This document shows positions 31,170-43,170 of a stretch of DNA of 64,000 nt, in pieces. The notes under the pieces were generated by a model that saw only the letters and a list, made by a program, of their open reading frames with translations, did no database searches and was not told the origin of the DNA. Every line of letters begins with the position of its first letter. Positions within the stretch are counted from its first letter, which is position 1. This stretch comes from Nitrososphaeraceae archaeon (GTDB lineage Archaea > Thermoproteota > Nitrososphaeria > Nitrososphaerales > Nitrososphaeraceae), in contig DATFEP010000043.1 of assembly GCA_035250975.1 (NCBI GenBank), positions 36,889 through 100,888 on the forward strand, written 5' to 3'. The translations under genes and the position numbers were made by a program.

Positions 31170-32480
31170 GTGACCCAACCAAAAGATATTAAAATAGCAT
31201 TCTGGAATGTAGGAAACCTCTTTGATATAGAAAAAAATGAGATAGCAACTGATTTTGATTTTACTCCTGAAAAGGGGTGGACCAAGGAAGTCCGCGATAT
31301 CAAGGTGGAAAACCTATCTAAAATTATTAAATCTATGAAGTATAACAAAGAGGATGAAAGTATTGAGTATGGACCAGATTTATTAGGCTTATGCGAAGTA
31401 GAAAATAAAAACATACTTGATAAATTAATAGAGAAAATAAACCCTGATAAATATGCAATAGCGCAATATAATGATAGTCCAGATCTACGAGGAATAGATA
31501 CCTGTTTGGTGTATTCTAAAGATAAATTTGATTGTTTAGACACTAATGCATATAATATTGATTTCAGATATCCAACTAGGAATATATTCCAGGCACATCT
31601 CAAGGTCAAAGAAAATAATTCTGATTTGTATGTTCTAGTGAATCATTGGCCTTCGAGAAGAGGAAAATATGAAGCATGTCAACCAAACGATACTGCTCAG
31701 GCTAGAAATACTGTAGCAGAGAAATGTGGAAAAATAGTTGATACATTGCTAAAAGTTCCTACTGATGAGATATATAAAATGCCTCATATATTTAACAAAG
31801 ACCATATAATGAAGCTCGACTATGAATTAAACAAAAATATTCTGTTAATGGGAGATTTCAATGATGAGCCTTATGATGAAAGTATAACCAGATATTTAAA
31901 TGCCGTTTTTGATATTAGATATTGTAAAGAATGGAAAGAAATATTTGAATTAAGAGCTAGAGAAGAAAAAAGTTCTGTGGATGTATCGTTCAGAAAATAC
32001 TACCTAGAAGAACCGGTTTGCTTATACAATCCAATGATGAAATTTGTAGCTGACCCGTATTCAGTTGGAAATATAGATATTGATCCAAACGTTCCTGGTG
32101 GTACTTTATACTATTGGAAAACAAAACGATGGAGCCTGTTTGACCAATTTATTATCTCTCAGGGACTTTATCGCGGAAAACAGAAATTAAAATTCAGGTC
32201 TAATAGTATTAAAATATTTTACCAAGGTTTAAGACTTGTAGATAATCTTTCGTATGATAAATTTAATGACATCATTAATGAATATTATTATCTAGATAGG
32301 ACAAAAATTCATCCATCATTGAAAGATAATCCTACAGAATTTGTATTTCAAAAAAAATACTATAATGATAATACCAAACAATATGAAATTGATAAGAATT
32401 TTCCTCGGGGAAGAGAAAACAATTCAGGTTATAGTGATCATTTTCCCATTATATGTATATTGGATATACTCGATAATTAA
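31170..32480 (+). CDS. Endonuclease/exonuclease/phosphatase (EEP) family protein
   Basis: FWNVGNLFD, LCEVEN, NHWPSR, GDFNDEP, FDQF, SDHFP. Confidence 0.92.
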   Translation: MTQPKDIKIAFWNVGNLFDIEKNEIATDFDFTPEKGWTKEVRDIKVENLSKIIKSMKYNKEDESIEYGPDLLGLCEVENKNILDKLIEKINPDKYAIAQYNDSPDLRGIDTCLVYSKDKFDCLDTNAYNIDFRYPTRNIFQAHLKVKENNSDLYVLVNHWPSRRGKYEACQPNDTAQARNTVAEKCGKIVDTLLKVPTDEIYKMPHIFNKDHIMKLDYELNKNILLMGDFNDEPYDESITRYLNAVFDIRYCKEWKEIFELRAREEKSSVDVSFRKYYLEEPVCLYNPMMKFVADPYSVGNIDIDPNVPGGTLYYWKTKRWSLFDQFIISQGLYRGKQKLKFRSNSIKIFYQGLRLVDNLSYDKFNDIINEYYYLDRTKIHPSLKDNPTEFVFQKKYYNDNTKQYEIDKNFPRGRENNSGYSDHFPIICILDILDN

Positions 32481-32588
32481 AATACAAAATGTTAAAGTAG
32501 AAAAGATAGCTTGTATGAATTCTGTTATTCGTTAGAAAGAATAAAAATAAAAAATAAAAAAATAAAATCTCTGGTCATTTATTCTCTT

Positions 32589-32918
32589 TTATTTTTTAAG
32601 CTTTTGCTTTACGGACGTTATTTTATTGTTTAGGGTCTGAGACTTGTCTAATCTCTCATCAATTCTTATTGATGAGATTATTCGTTTAACACCTATTTCT
32701 CTGAGTGTTTTATGTGATATCTCTATAATCTTTAGAATCCGTTCTAAATTTCTTGTTTCGATTTGAGTACCCATACCAGTAAGAGTAATTTTAATATCGT
32801 CTATTTTCTTTATAGCATCATATACAGCTGCAATTTCTTTACTCATACCTGTTGTTTTATTATTCAGGCGTATTGGGATTATACTAATTTCTGCAGTAAT
32901 TACCATTTTGTCATTCAA
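32589..32918 (-). CDS. Thiamine-binding/MTH1187 (DUF77) protein
   Basis: AEISIIP, MGTQIE, IRIDERLDK. Confidence 0.88.
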   Translation of the reverse strand: MNDKMVITAEISIIPIRLNNKTTGMSKEIAAVYDAIKKIDDIKITLTGMGTQIETRNLERILKIIEISHKTLREIGVKRIISSIRIDERLDKSQTLNNKITSVKQKLKK

Positions 32919-33410
32919 TTAATAAATAATATGTTTCTACGAATATTTATACCAATATTTCGTAATTACTGGAATAAATAAAGTTTTTAATACATTCGAC
33001 GTGTTTTGTAGAGTTATGCCAATGAAATACGAATACAAATATTATCATAATACAGATCAATGCTTTACTTTTGCCAGACTTCAACAACATGTGTGTTAGA
33101 ATGATGCATTCACAGCTATTTCTATTTCCTTATATTAACACTGCCAGTTAGCACAACCGGATGTAGTATCATATTTGATATGACCGACCATCTTTCTTGG
33201 AAGTGATGGAGATGGAATTGATAAAGCTTGTTCACCATTATTTAAGGTAAAAGAATGTTGTATCCCCGCTAGATTCAAATATAATAAAAAATTCCTTTTG
33301 AAAATCCATTTAATTCTATGTAAAACTAGAAGATAATATTGAATTAAATTAATTATCTTCTTGTCTAATTCTAATATGTTAGTAATTATCAAAATGTTAT
33401 TCAACCCTAA

Positions 33411-34490
33411 TTAATTAATAATTTGGAATCTATTTCTCATTCCTATTTTTTTAGGTTTACCAATTATCGAAATCGGGTTAGAGCAATTTCTGCATCTATT
33501 CTTTTTATCAAGATTCCACGAAATGATATCAAATCCATCACGTTGTATTGCAATCATTCCACATTCTGGACAATAGGTGTGTTCTAGTTTATGTCCTAGT
33601 ACATTTCCGATATAAACATATTTTAGACCTTCATTTCTAGCAACATCATAATGCTTTTCAAGTGTTTCAACAGGAGTTAACGGAAATTCCATCATCTTAT
33701 AATCTGGATGAAATCGTAAAAAATGTATCGGCGTTTCATCCCCTAATTCATCATATATAAATTTACATAATTTTCTTGCAGCTATTAAATCGTCACCTAC
33801 TTCTGGAACAATAAGATCTGTGATCTCTATATGAATATCTGTATGGTTTTTAATTTCTTTAAGAGATTGAAAAATGGGATCAGAAGAAGGAATTCCTATA
33901 TACTTCTTAACGAAACTTTGTTCTCCACTACCCTTAAAATCAACAGTTATGCAATCTAGGAAGCTTTTAGCCATGTTAACAGATTCAGGAGTAAAATATC
34001 CATTGGAGACAAAAATATTGAAAATATTATTTTTATGTGCTTGTAATCCACAGTCTTTGGCAAATTCCATAAAAATTGATGGTTCATTATATGTATATGC
34101 AATCCCTTCCACTCCATATTTTTTTGCAGTCTCTATTACTTTGTAGGGTGACATTTCTATACCTTCAATTTTTCTTCTCTGAGATATATCGTAATTCTGA
34201 CAATATTTACATAACCAGTTGCAACCAGTAGTAGCGATCGAATAAATTGATGTCCCAGGCATATAATGTGACACAGGTTTCTTTTCAATAGGGTCTATAT
34301 TCCCTGAAATAACTCTTCCGTAAGAGAATAGAAATAATTTCTTGTCTATTACTCCGCGAACCCCACATAATCCAATTTTTCCCTCCGGTATTTGACAATA
34401 TCTTGCACACGCAGTACATTTTATTCTGTTATTATTTACTTTCATGGCCAGCTCCGCTTCTTTTCCTAAAACTGCGTTATTTGATTGCAA
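33411..34490 (-). CDS. amrS: AmmeMemoRadiSam system radical SAM enzyme
   Basis: CTACARYC, G.CGVR, DPIEKKP, GCNWLCKYCQN, AYTYNEP, RFHPDY. Confidence 0.92.
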   Translation of the reverse strand: MQSNNAVLGKEAELAMKVNNNRIKCTACARYCQIPEGKIGLCGVRGVIDKKLFLFSYGRVISGNIDPIEKKPVSHYMPGTSIYSIATTGCNWLCKYCQNYDISQRRKIEGIEMSPYKVIETAKKYGVEGIAYTYNEPSIFMEFAKDCGLQAHKNNIFNIFVSNGYFTPESVNMAKSFLDCITVDFKGSGEQSFVKKYIGIPSSDPIFQSLKEIKNHTDIHIEITDLIVPEVGDDLIAARKLCKFIYDELGDETPIHFLRFHPDYKMMEFPLTPVETLEKHYDVARNEGLKYVYIGNVLGHKLEHTYCPECGMIAIQRDGFDIISWNLDKKNRCRNCSNPISIIGKPKKIGMRNRFQIIN

Positions 34491-34625
34491 TTAGTATATT
34501 GTCATTATATCATAAACAACCTTAAAAATGTTAAAATAAAGTTATTTTTCTATATATAAAGTCAATAAATTATTTACAATTATTTTTGATAAAGTTTTTT
34601 GGTTGCATTACCATATTATATTTGT

Positions 34626-34862
34626 ATACCAAAGGCATATATTCTAATCAACTGTCAATAAGGTAATGAAATCGTTGTTGCTAAAAGTATTAAATCGATA
34701 GATAATGTATTAACCTGTAACATAATTTATGGAATGTATGATATTATAGTCGAAATAATATTTAATGCAATTGATCAACTAGAGAACATAGTTCAAGATA
34801 AGATTACAAAAATTAGCAAAATACAATCAACCATGACACTAATTCCTTTAGACTTGAAGTGA
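34626..34862 (+). pseudogene. Stand-alone Lrp/AsnC ligand-binding (RAM) domain pseudogene
   Basis: PKAYILINCQ*GNE...YGMYDIIVE...IQSTMTLI; begins at ATA rather than ATG, in-frame TAA at 34659. Confidence 0.8.
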
Positions 34863-36049
34863 TTGTAGATCTATATTTTGATTAAGATAGATCTGTAAGG
34901 CATATAACAATACCTACTAACCTAATCAGGCTATGAATGTTGTACCCAATACATGTAAAGACTAGTTATCTATTCTGCATTCGTATTCGTCTATATATAA
35001 TATATTCCCCAAATAATGTCTTTATGACCGAGACGACGGTTTCATCCTTCTCTTCTTTCGTCGATTCTATAAAATCTTGGTTCCTTTTTTCATCTCTTTT
35101 CTATCGTTGCCGCTAGTTTTCCAAACGGATACTTGTTCACGTCTTGTATGTATGATACTATACCCATTTAGTCTGTCCTACATGATGATAAAGGAGGTTT
35201 AGGAATCAACAACATATACTCTAGAAAGTTACCAAACAGTCGTTTCATAAAACCAAGAAAGTTAAAGTCAATCAACAGAAAGATAAAGAGCATATTTAGA
35301 AGATACAGGTCCAAACTTACAAAATCATCTGGACGAGTAAAGGGTTAATCACTTACGTATTAACATAAGAATTACGAAAATATTTTACAGTCTATCAAGC
35401 TATCAATCTATCTAACTGTAACATTCTTCATAAAATAATCTTGGTTATTATAATAGTTGGAGAGAGGGATAGAGCAAAGATTGTGCAAATTATGATATCC
35501 GTCATAATGGAGCGAATGGCTAGATATCCTTTCATTACTTGCAATTCTTTTTCTCTCCAACACCACTAAATAAAGTATAAAAATCTCGATAGTAGAGAAA
35601 CGCGTATTATGATGACATCAGATCATCGTAGTATATTGCTTTAACAACCGAACTAGTCTTCTCACTATAGAGAATTTACCAGTGGCAATAATATTATGGA
35701 ATTCTAGATACTTATTTTCAGTAACAAGAATTCAATCATTTTGTTGTAATTTTTTTCTCTTCTTTTCTTCTTTTCTCTTTTTCAGGTAGTTGCCTAGGAT
35801 TTTGGTAATAAGATCTGTTAACCTTCTATGACCAACGAGTTTCTAGTCTCGTACTAGAACTGGCAGGACAAGGACATGAGAGAATAAAAAAATAACTTAT
35901 TGAAGAATACGCATGATACAATTTCATGTCATACCCGAACAACAATTGCTATTCTTCTTATTGTCAATAATTCAGAATGATAACATATTACAAGATCATA
36001 TAATCTTCCTTCCAATCTTTGATATATTATATTTCTAATTAACAATGTA

Positions 36050-36472
36050 ATGAACAATCATAAAGTAGTTTTGGTTTCAATTATGCTGGCAGTAGCAGCA
36101 AGTCTGTTGACTCTAAACCCATCAATGATTACAACTGCGCAAGCAGAACCATATGGTGATGAATATGGATATGGATATGATAGTCATCCAAAAAAGACTG
36201 ATGTAAATATCCAGAAAATAAAATGTATCAATAGTAATGTTAATGTAAATGGAATAGATTTTACCGAGATACCTCAAGAACCTAATGGCTTGGCAGCAGC
36301 CGAAGCAGCAAATGAAGGAGGAGAAGGAACAAATACAGAAAATAATGATGGCATTGGAGGTATAAACTTCGACAGAAACCTTGTAAATATTTGTGCCAAC
36401 TTGAACTTTAATAACCAGTTAAGGTCTGAAGTTCCAGAATTCATATCAGGAATAATACCGTTCCCGGGATAG
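36050..36472 (+). CDS. Secreted protein, paralogue of 62814-63314
   Basis: Signal peptide, Tyr-rich linker, HPKK.DVNIQKIKCINSNVNVNG. Confidence 0.75.
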   Translation: MNNHKVVLVSIMLAVAASLLTLNPSMITTAQAEPYGDEYGYGYDSHPKKTDVNIQKIKCINSNVNVNGIDFTEIPQEPNGLAAAEAANEGGEGTNTENNDGIGGINFDRNLVNICANLNFNNQLRSEVPEFISGIIPFPG

Positions 36473-36917
36473 GATAGATTTCCTTTTTTTATTTTTTGAA
36501 AGTTAATTAGTTAAAATATAACGTAATTGTTTCTGAACCGATATTTTTCACGACAAACATGTCATGTCATTTTCGTATGAATTTCACCTGAAAAGTATCT
36601 ATCTTTGTTTGCTATTATTCGTGGCATTGGATCTTGCAAATTTAAAATAGTATAAAAATCATCCAATCTCAAAATATTAACCTCCGACTTATCTATACCT
36701 TGCTAAATGTAACAACCAATGAAGATAAATACACTACGTACATTGATAATTAGACAGACATATTGAAGTAATGATTATATCATTTCCTTGTTGGCAAGAA
36801 AGCTTGTATAGTTTCTTGATCTTTTTAGTATGCATCCAATAGAAGATCTTCCTATCTAATCCAAATTACATTTTAACATCTGGTACAATTGATTATAATT
36901 GTACTATTCAATTTCTG

Positions 36918-37430
36918 TCAATAATTATCGGATTCTCGTAATTTTTGAGTTGACCTATTATCTTTCATTAATTTATTATTTTTGCTTTTTTCCATATGAA
37001 TTTTTTTCGTCAGCACACCCATTTTTTCTAAATCAACAATTTGTTTATCTACAGGATAATTAAGATATTTAGAGCGGAATGCCATAAGATTTCTAAGTGT
37101 ATCCTTGTTAGGTACCTTCTTTACTAATTTATGGTCGGTAAACAGGTTATCTCTATAGGTATTGCAGAAAAATTGTAGTGTTATTTTGCATAAAGCAGGC
37201 ATACTAAGAAACTTACCGAAAACTGGCTTATTATTTAATGTCAGACTGTTAAATAGGCTTAGCATTGTAGAGTAGTATTCATAATCTTCGGATGGAATGC
37301 GAAAGTGAATCATTCTGCCTTTATGTCTATCTTTTTTACTTTCCTGTTTGTTTTTGTTTATATCTGTGGACAATTTTGTAGATGTATCTTTTTTACTTTC
37401 CTGTTTGTTTTTGTTTATATCTGTAGACAC
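36918..37430 (-). CDS. Hypothetical protein with 19-aa N-terminal duplication and possible ribbon-helix-helix domain
   Basis: STDINKNKQESKKD twice (57-bp period); MIHFRIPSEDY. Confidence 0.55.
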   Translation of the reverse strand: MSTDINKNKQESKKDTSTKLSTDINKNKQESKKDRHKGRMIHFRIPSEDYEYYSTMLSLFNSLTLNNKPVFGKFLSMPALCKITLQFFCNTYRDNLFTDHKLVKKVPNKDTLRNLMAFRSKYLNYPVDKQIVDLEKMGVLTKKIHMEKSKNNKLMKDNRSTQKLRESDNY

Positions 37431-37937
37431 TTCGTATTTATTATGTAGTATAAAATTGCTTTACAAACCTCTTATATAGTAGTATCTTATCACTTTAGCT
37501 TCACAAAATAAAGATAATTTGAGTGGAGTAATATACTCTAGAATTTTTTCGTAAAACAGTGTGTAAGGTGCATGGTTCTTAGATTCTTTAAGCATATGAA
37601 AAAAGGTTTATAGATGATTTTATACAGTTCTATTAATAAATATTGAAATGCAGTAATTATATTATAGATTTATTTATTTTTCTATCTATTCTCATTTGTA
37701 AACTGAATCATGACCTAAGAAATTTCAAATATAATCGAATTCTGGATGGGAACTGCCAATCCTATTGAGTCTCTCACGTTTCAAGGTTTTCTTCATTCCA
37801 ATCATTTCTTTTGCAGATCTACTATTCCCCAAGAGAACTTTTAATATAATATAAGAATATTTTGTGTTTCATCAATCTTTCCATAATTAAGCCCTATTTA
37901 TGATCAAATTTATGAGATAATGAAAATTCTCGTTTAC

Positions 37938-39023
37938 TTAATCGCTGAAACAATACAATAAGCCATCCTTTGAGCCAATAAACAACATATTTGTGGCAAT
38001 ACATGGAGATGATTCTATTGAATCCATTGTAGGAAATTTCCAGTTTACTCTACCGGTTTCGATATCTAAACCATATATATGAGAATCTAAAGAGCCTACA
38101 AATAGCGTTCCGTCATTCCTTGTTATCGCTGGTGAAGACCAAATTTTGTCTCCAGTTTCATATTTCCATTTGATAGAACCATCGGTAGAGTTTAATGAAT
38201 ATATACATTTGTCAGAACATCCAAAGAAAATATGATCTTTTCATGTGGCAACTGAAGAAAGAATTGGTTTTCCGATTCGATATTGCCATTTGATATGTCC
38301 ATCCGATTGATCTAGACAATACATTATACCGTTGTGTGTACCTATAAATACAGAATTAGTTGATTGAATGAAACTCGGTGTAGCTCTAATTTTTCCCTCC
38401 AACATAGTTTTCCAATTTAAGTTACCATTTAGATCAAAACTATAGAGAAAACAATCATCAGAACCAATAAATATTTCTTGGTTGTTTGTAGAAGGCGAAG
38501 ACCAAATAGAACCACTTGTATTAAATGTCCATATAATATTTCCTCCCAAATCTATTGCATAAATTTTGGAATCAAGCGACCCGACTACTATTATCTTCCC
38601 ATCACAGACACAAGGAGATGAAAAAATGTCTCCTGGTATTTGTACTTTCCATTCATCTTTTCCTTCTTTTGTTATATCTAAAGTATAAATCAAATTCTTT
38701 CCGAGAGATTTGGAATCTTGTTTAATAATCCATGAATTGAAAGTACATGATATTAATAAATTGTCGTGGAGTAATAATGATGAGACTAATGGGTTTTCTA
38801 TATTTTTTTGCCAAACGATCTTTTTCCTGTAAACATTAATAGCAAAAATTTTACCAGTTATAGTTGAGTTATAGACAATATTATTATGAAAAATAGGAGA
38901 AGATATCATAGGTTCTAATTCCATTACCCAAAATAGTGATAATTCTCGTGGTAATTTACCTGCAAAAACACCACTTCGCTCTTCATTTCCTCTAAACACA
39001 AGCCAAGAATCCTCACTATTCAA
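37938..39023 (-). pseudogene. PQQ-like beta-propeller protein interrupted by a single in-frame TGA (38241-38243)
   Basis: SSP/GS.D/G...W repeats continue in frame for 100 codons past the TGA to TAA at 37938. Confidence 0.85.
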
Positions 39024-39218
39024 GTACTAGAATAAAAAATTATATCTATAATTTATTTACTGTTGTAATCATGTAACCTATTCACATATTTGTCTTTATT
39101 GTATTATCCCACCAGATGCGTAACACCTCTTTTATATAATTTGTGCTGGTCTCAAGTAGTTCAACGACAGATGAACTCTTTTGTTATTATAATATTAATG
39201 AATAGCTCATTTTTGAAT

Positions 39219-39391
39219 TTACTTGTTTTTGTTCATCTTTCTAATTCAACATGCCAGATATTAATAACGTCGAAATCAAGTAATATCTCTCCTCTCTTTA
39301 CCAGAGAATCATTGTACTTCTTCGAGTCTCACATAATATGACTATAACAAGCTAGCTAAATGTGTTAGCAATCATGAGTTTCACAACAGGC
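39219..39391 (-). mobile_element. IS5-family remnant (possible left end plus transposase N-terminus)
   Basis: KKYNDSLVKRGEILLDFDVI..W..ELE with stops; candidate TIR GCCTGTTGTGAAAC at 39378-39391. Confidence 0.65.
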
Positions 39392-39915
39392 AATGTCTAC
39401 TTATGGTTAAAATGAAAACATTTTTAAAAAACACCATTTATTCGTACGTCTACAGATACAGCTTATGCTATCTTTCCATTCCTGCAAATTATTTTCCTGC
39501 ATCTTTATATTTCTCTTTTTAAGACAATGGTTGGTCTTCTTTTTACATCTGGAATTCTTTCTTTTATTACTGGTTAGCAAAAAAATACATATCACTTGAC
39601 ATATGAGTGATGTGACAATATCACTTTACGAATTTATGAATTCCATCACTTGAATGAATATTGGATGACCAGAGATGGATTATACAAATTGTTTTTTCCT
39701 GCATAAAGAGGATGTTGGTGAATATGTTACTCTATCAGATTTGAGGAGGTGGTAAAGTAGATAATATTAAAAATATCACTGCATAACTTTTAGAAGTATA
39801 ACCTTTACATAATTACGAGTTATTGATGCAGAATAGATTAATATCTAAATTAATCGCACAACAAATGAGTAGAAGCAATTAACGATCATCTAAATATACA
39901 AATTTTACTGAACTA

Positions 39916-40908
39916 TCAGTATATTCCTTTTTTAGGTATAACATTTCTTATTCCACCAGCAGGATTTTGAACATCATTCTTTCTTCTAGGTATAACATGA
40001 ATATGACAGTGAAATATTGTCTGACCTGCATCTAATCCATCATTGAAACCAACATTAAAACCTGTTATCGTTCTGTCACCTTCCAGTACCTTTTTCCGTA
40101 CACTTTCAACTAATAACAGACATGCTCTTTTTTCAAAATTACCCAGCTCAAAAAAAGAAGTTACATGTCTGAAAGGTATTACAAGAGTATGATCTTTAAC
40201 AACAGGATATTTATCTTTGAAGGCAACCGCAGAACCGTTTTTATCTATTATCTTCGAGAAAATGTGATTCATATCACAAAATGGACATTCTTTCTCCTTT
40301 TTATCATAAATAAATTTCCACTCTCTAAAATCAGTACTGTCTTTATCCATTTTTTGTGCATTACATGTGTAACACAAGGCTTGATAATTGTCAATTGTAG
40401 ATTTTCCACCTTTATTTCTGGGAAGGATGTGGTCAACTTGCAGGAATTTTTGACTTGCAGGAATTCCACATAATTCACATCTTCCTTTTGCACGTTTTAG
40501 TACCTCATATCTGACAGTTCCTGGAATGTAAGAAGTACTTTTCATACGATATAGCCAGAGTCTACGTTCTCCCCCCTTTGTATGAATATATTCACCTATT
40601 TTCTGGTCACACAGATCAATTAGATCTCTTCTTTGCGAAGCAGTCAAATAAGAAATATTAAGGGAATATCCATCCAATGTTTCAAAAACTACACCGTGTT
40701 TCTTTAAAACTCTCCCAGGCATCTGTCTGGTTATTACTTTATAGTAGTCAATCTGACTTTCATCCAGATTGGAGAATTCTTTAGCAATAATATGAGTAGA
40801 TACTCTGTTTTTATCGGATTTAAGAAGAGTCTTTATCATAACTGGCTGATAAACATGTTGCATTTTCATTTTATTTTCAATGAAATCCTTTAAGTCTTCA
40901 AAATCCAC
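39916..40908 (-). CDS. HNH endonuclease-HIT hydrolase fusion
   Basis: CELCG...VDHILP...N.QALC..CN (HNH); CPFC...HCHIHVIPR (HIT); N-terminal MQHVYQPVM domain. Confidence 0.9.
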   Translation of the reverse strand: MDFEDLKDFIENKMKMQHVYQPVMIKTLLKSDKNRVSTHIIAKEFSNLDESQIDYYKVITRQMPGRVLKKHGVVFETLDGYSLNISYLTASQRRDLIDLCDQKIGEYIHTKGGERRLWLYRMKSTSYIPGTVRYEVLKRAKGRCELCGIPASQKFLQVDHILPRNKGGKSTIDNYQALCYTCNAQKMDKDSTDFREWKFIYDKKEKECPFCDMNHIFSKIIDKNGSAVAFKDKYPVVKDHTLVIPFRHVTSFFELGNFEKRACLLLVESVRKKVLEGDRTITGFNVGFNDGLDAGQTIFHCHIHVIPRRKNDVQNPAGGIRNVIPKKGIY

Positions 40909-41259
40909 GAAATGTTATTAGAATTACTAAGAAGTAAACTTTAGGTTCAGATCACAATATCATATTCAGTCAATTTTAAAATTGATTGTCCGTCTGGTCA
41001 AAATCTTATTGAATGAACTTGATTAAGATTTAAAAAATACAAAGATTATAAAATCCGAATTCGGTTACAGTGAAAATCGATTGTTTTGATATGATTTTTC
41101 TGTTAAACAAATATCAACACAATGATTAAAAAACAAAACTCAAACAAGAATTCTGAAAACCTGCCCTGACAAATGAAATGAATATGAATTTATACCCATG
41201 ATAGCCTCTTCTGCCACAAATAGAAAACCTTATAATTATTTTTCCTAAATCATTCTTAT

Positions 41260-43170
41260 TTGGAGAAGGAACCAAGGTCATCACCAGTCTTGAGATCAAA
41301 AATAGTGAAAACTGGAAATATTTTGAGAAATACTGCTTTATATCAGATAAAAGAATACGAAGACAAATTTCCAAAGATCAATAGAGTCTATGATGAATTA
41401 TTCAAAGATCTAATAATAGATAAATATAGTATAGATGATGCAGTCAAATCTGTTAAAAAATTATTTGATAAACAAGTCTTGAATTTTGTAGCAATAGATG
41501 GTACAGAATATTCTAGACCGCTGTTTGATATGATGATTTTTTATGCTGGTGCATATTCATGTGAAGGAGGTATAGATTTTTCAGAAGAGAACAATTTGAA
41601 AATCAGGTATAAAAATAAATTTTTAGAGCATTCCAGTGATGTATCTAGCTGTGTGCCTGTATATATAGACAAAATACCAGAGATAGATCGCACTTTTCAT
41701 GATTTAGATGGAAGGATAAATTTGAACAGCTCTTTTACTGAAGAGGCAATAATAAACAATACCAATGTTGCAAATTTTCTTATGACTTTCTCAGAATTTT
41801 ATCTTGCTTACAAGTATGCCTCTGCTAAAAGTCACGACATAATATTGATGGATAGAAGCTTATCTAACATGTACTCTAGCCTATTATACGATACTTCAAA
41901 CAGAAAAGTATGGTCAACAAATTTGTCGATCTTGGATTACGATACAGACGGTCAAAAATTAGACATAAATGATCTAACTATAGCACGTTATAATCTAATC
42001 AACGAACAATTGAATCTTCCATCACCAAGAGGTAATTACCTCAGATATACCATTTTCATATTACTATCTAAAATATATCCAGACGAAATAACTTTAGATC
42101 AAATAATCGAATCACTTAAAATAAATGATAATAAAAGTACACGTAATAGAATAAAAACATATATTCAAACGTCAATAAAGGAGGAAATAATTATAGAAAA
42201 TGAAAAAGATAAAAAATATATAATTGTAGAGAAATACAGATCTACATGGACAAGAATAAAGAAACTAGTTCAGGAATTGGGAGATAAGATTTTCACAGAT
42301 GAAAAAGAACCTTTTATTTTAACAAAGGAAAAAGGTAAGAAAGAATGGCTCACTACACTTGACCTTTCGTTTTTAACTTTATTTAGTTTTTATATGCTCA
42401 TAGAAGAATGCTGGAAGAATAATATTTTATTAATTGGAATCACGAAGGATACTACTGCTAAAGAATTCAAAAATCATGTAATTCCAATATGTTTACGAAA
42501 TAATATATGGACTTACAATGAGAAACTAAAAAGCAGTCTTGAAGATGGACCCAGTACTGACAGAATGTTACTCCAATTTTTAAGTATTTTAAATAACCAG
42601 AAAATAAATGTACCGTGGAGTTTGATAGAATATGATGCGGCATTTGTTATGACAATTCCAGATTTTCGAAACAGAGAAGGGTATGTAAGTGGTGCTATAA
42701 AAAATAATATAATCCAAAGCCAGTTATTTCTAAGGTCATTTGTCCAATTGGGCAAATCAAATAGGGATAAAAAACTAAGAAGCAATGTTTTGGCAATAGA
42801 TAGATTGGCATATCCAGAAATCGATCTTAATTCAAATGATAATATTATCCAGTTCAAGCATGATTATTCAAATATTGAGTTGATTAAATTTTTTTTATTT
42901 AAGGATAAAAATTGTAAAAACGAGATTCAGAATCTGTTGTTAGTTTTATTAAAATCGATGAGTGGTTCAAACGTAGGCGAGGCTTTTGGACATAATAGAG
43001 CATTATTTGTAGCCGATAAAGTAGCAAAATGGCATAATGAAGAATTCAGAAACATAGTTGATTCTACTGGTCATATTATTAGTTGCAATAAAAATTTGAA
43101 AAACTTTGTATATTACATGAATACATTTAGGGAGAAGAGACAAGCATTTGAATCAAACAGAAGATCGTAA
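41260..43170 (+). CDS. Large NurA-like nuclease with internal insertion
   Basis: FVAIDGT, LMDRSL, IGITKD, FGHNRALFVADK; overlaps the herA-like gene. Confidence 0.75.
   Translation: MEKEPRSSPVLRSKIVKTGNILRNTALYQIKEYEDKFPKINRVYDELFKDLIIDKYSIDDAVKSVKKLFDKQVLNFVAIDGTEYSRPLFDMMIFYAGAYSCEGGIDFSEENNLKIRYKNKFLEHSSDVSSCVPVYIDKIPEIDRTFHDLDGRINLNSSFTEEAIINNTNVANFLMTFSEFYLAYKYASAKSHDIILMDRSLSNMYSSLLYDTSNRKVWSTNLSILDYDTDGQKLDINDLTIARYNLINEQLNLPSPRGNYLRYTIFILLSKIYPDEITLDQIIESLKINDNKSTRNRIKTYIQTSIKEEIIIENEKDKKYIIVEKYRSTWTRIKKLVQELGDKIFTDEKEPFILTKEKGKKEWLTTLDLSFLTLFSFYMLIEECWKNNILLIGITKDTTAKEFKNHVIPICLRNNIWTYNEKLKSSLEDGPSTDRMLLQFLSILNNQKINVPWSLIEYDAAFVMTIPDFRNREGYVSGAIKNNIIQSQLFLRSFVQLGKSNRDKKLRSNVLAIDRLAYPEIDLNSNDNIIQFKHDYSNIELIKFFLFKDKNCKNEIQNLLLVLLKSMSGSNVGEAFGHNRALFVADKVAKWHNEEFRNIVDSTGHIISCNKNLKNFVYYMNTFREKRQAFESNRRS

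Noticed and set aside
34990-35450. Coding-like fragments in a long intergenic region
   Set aside because: Multiple stops in all frames examined and no family match by eye
39588-39618. Imperfect inverted repeat CATATCACT...AGTGATGTG
   Set aside because: Short, imperfect, and no associated feature
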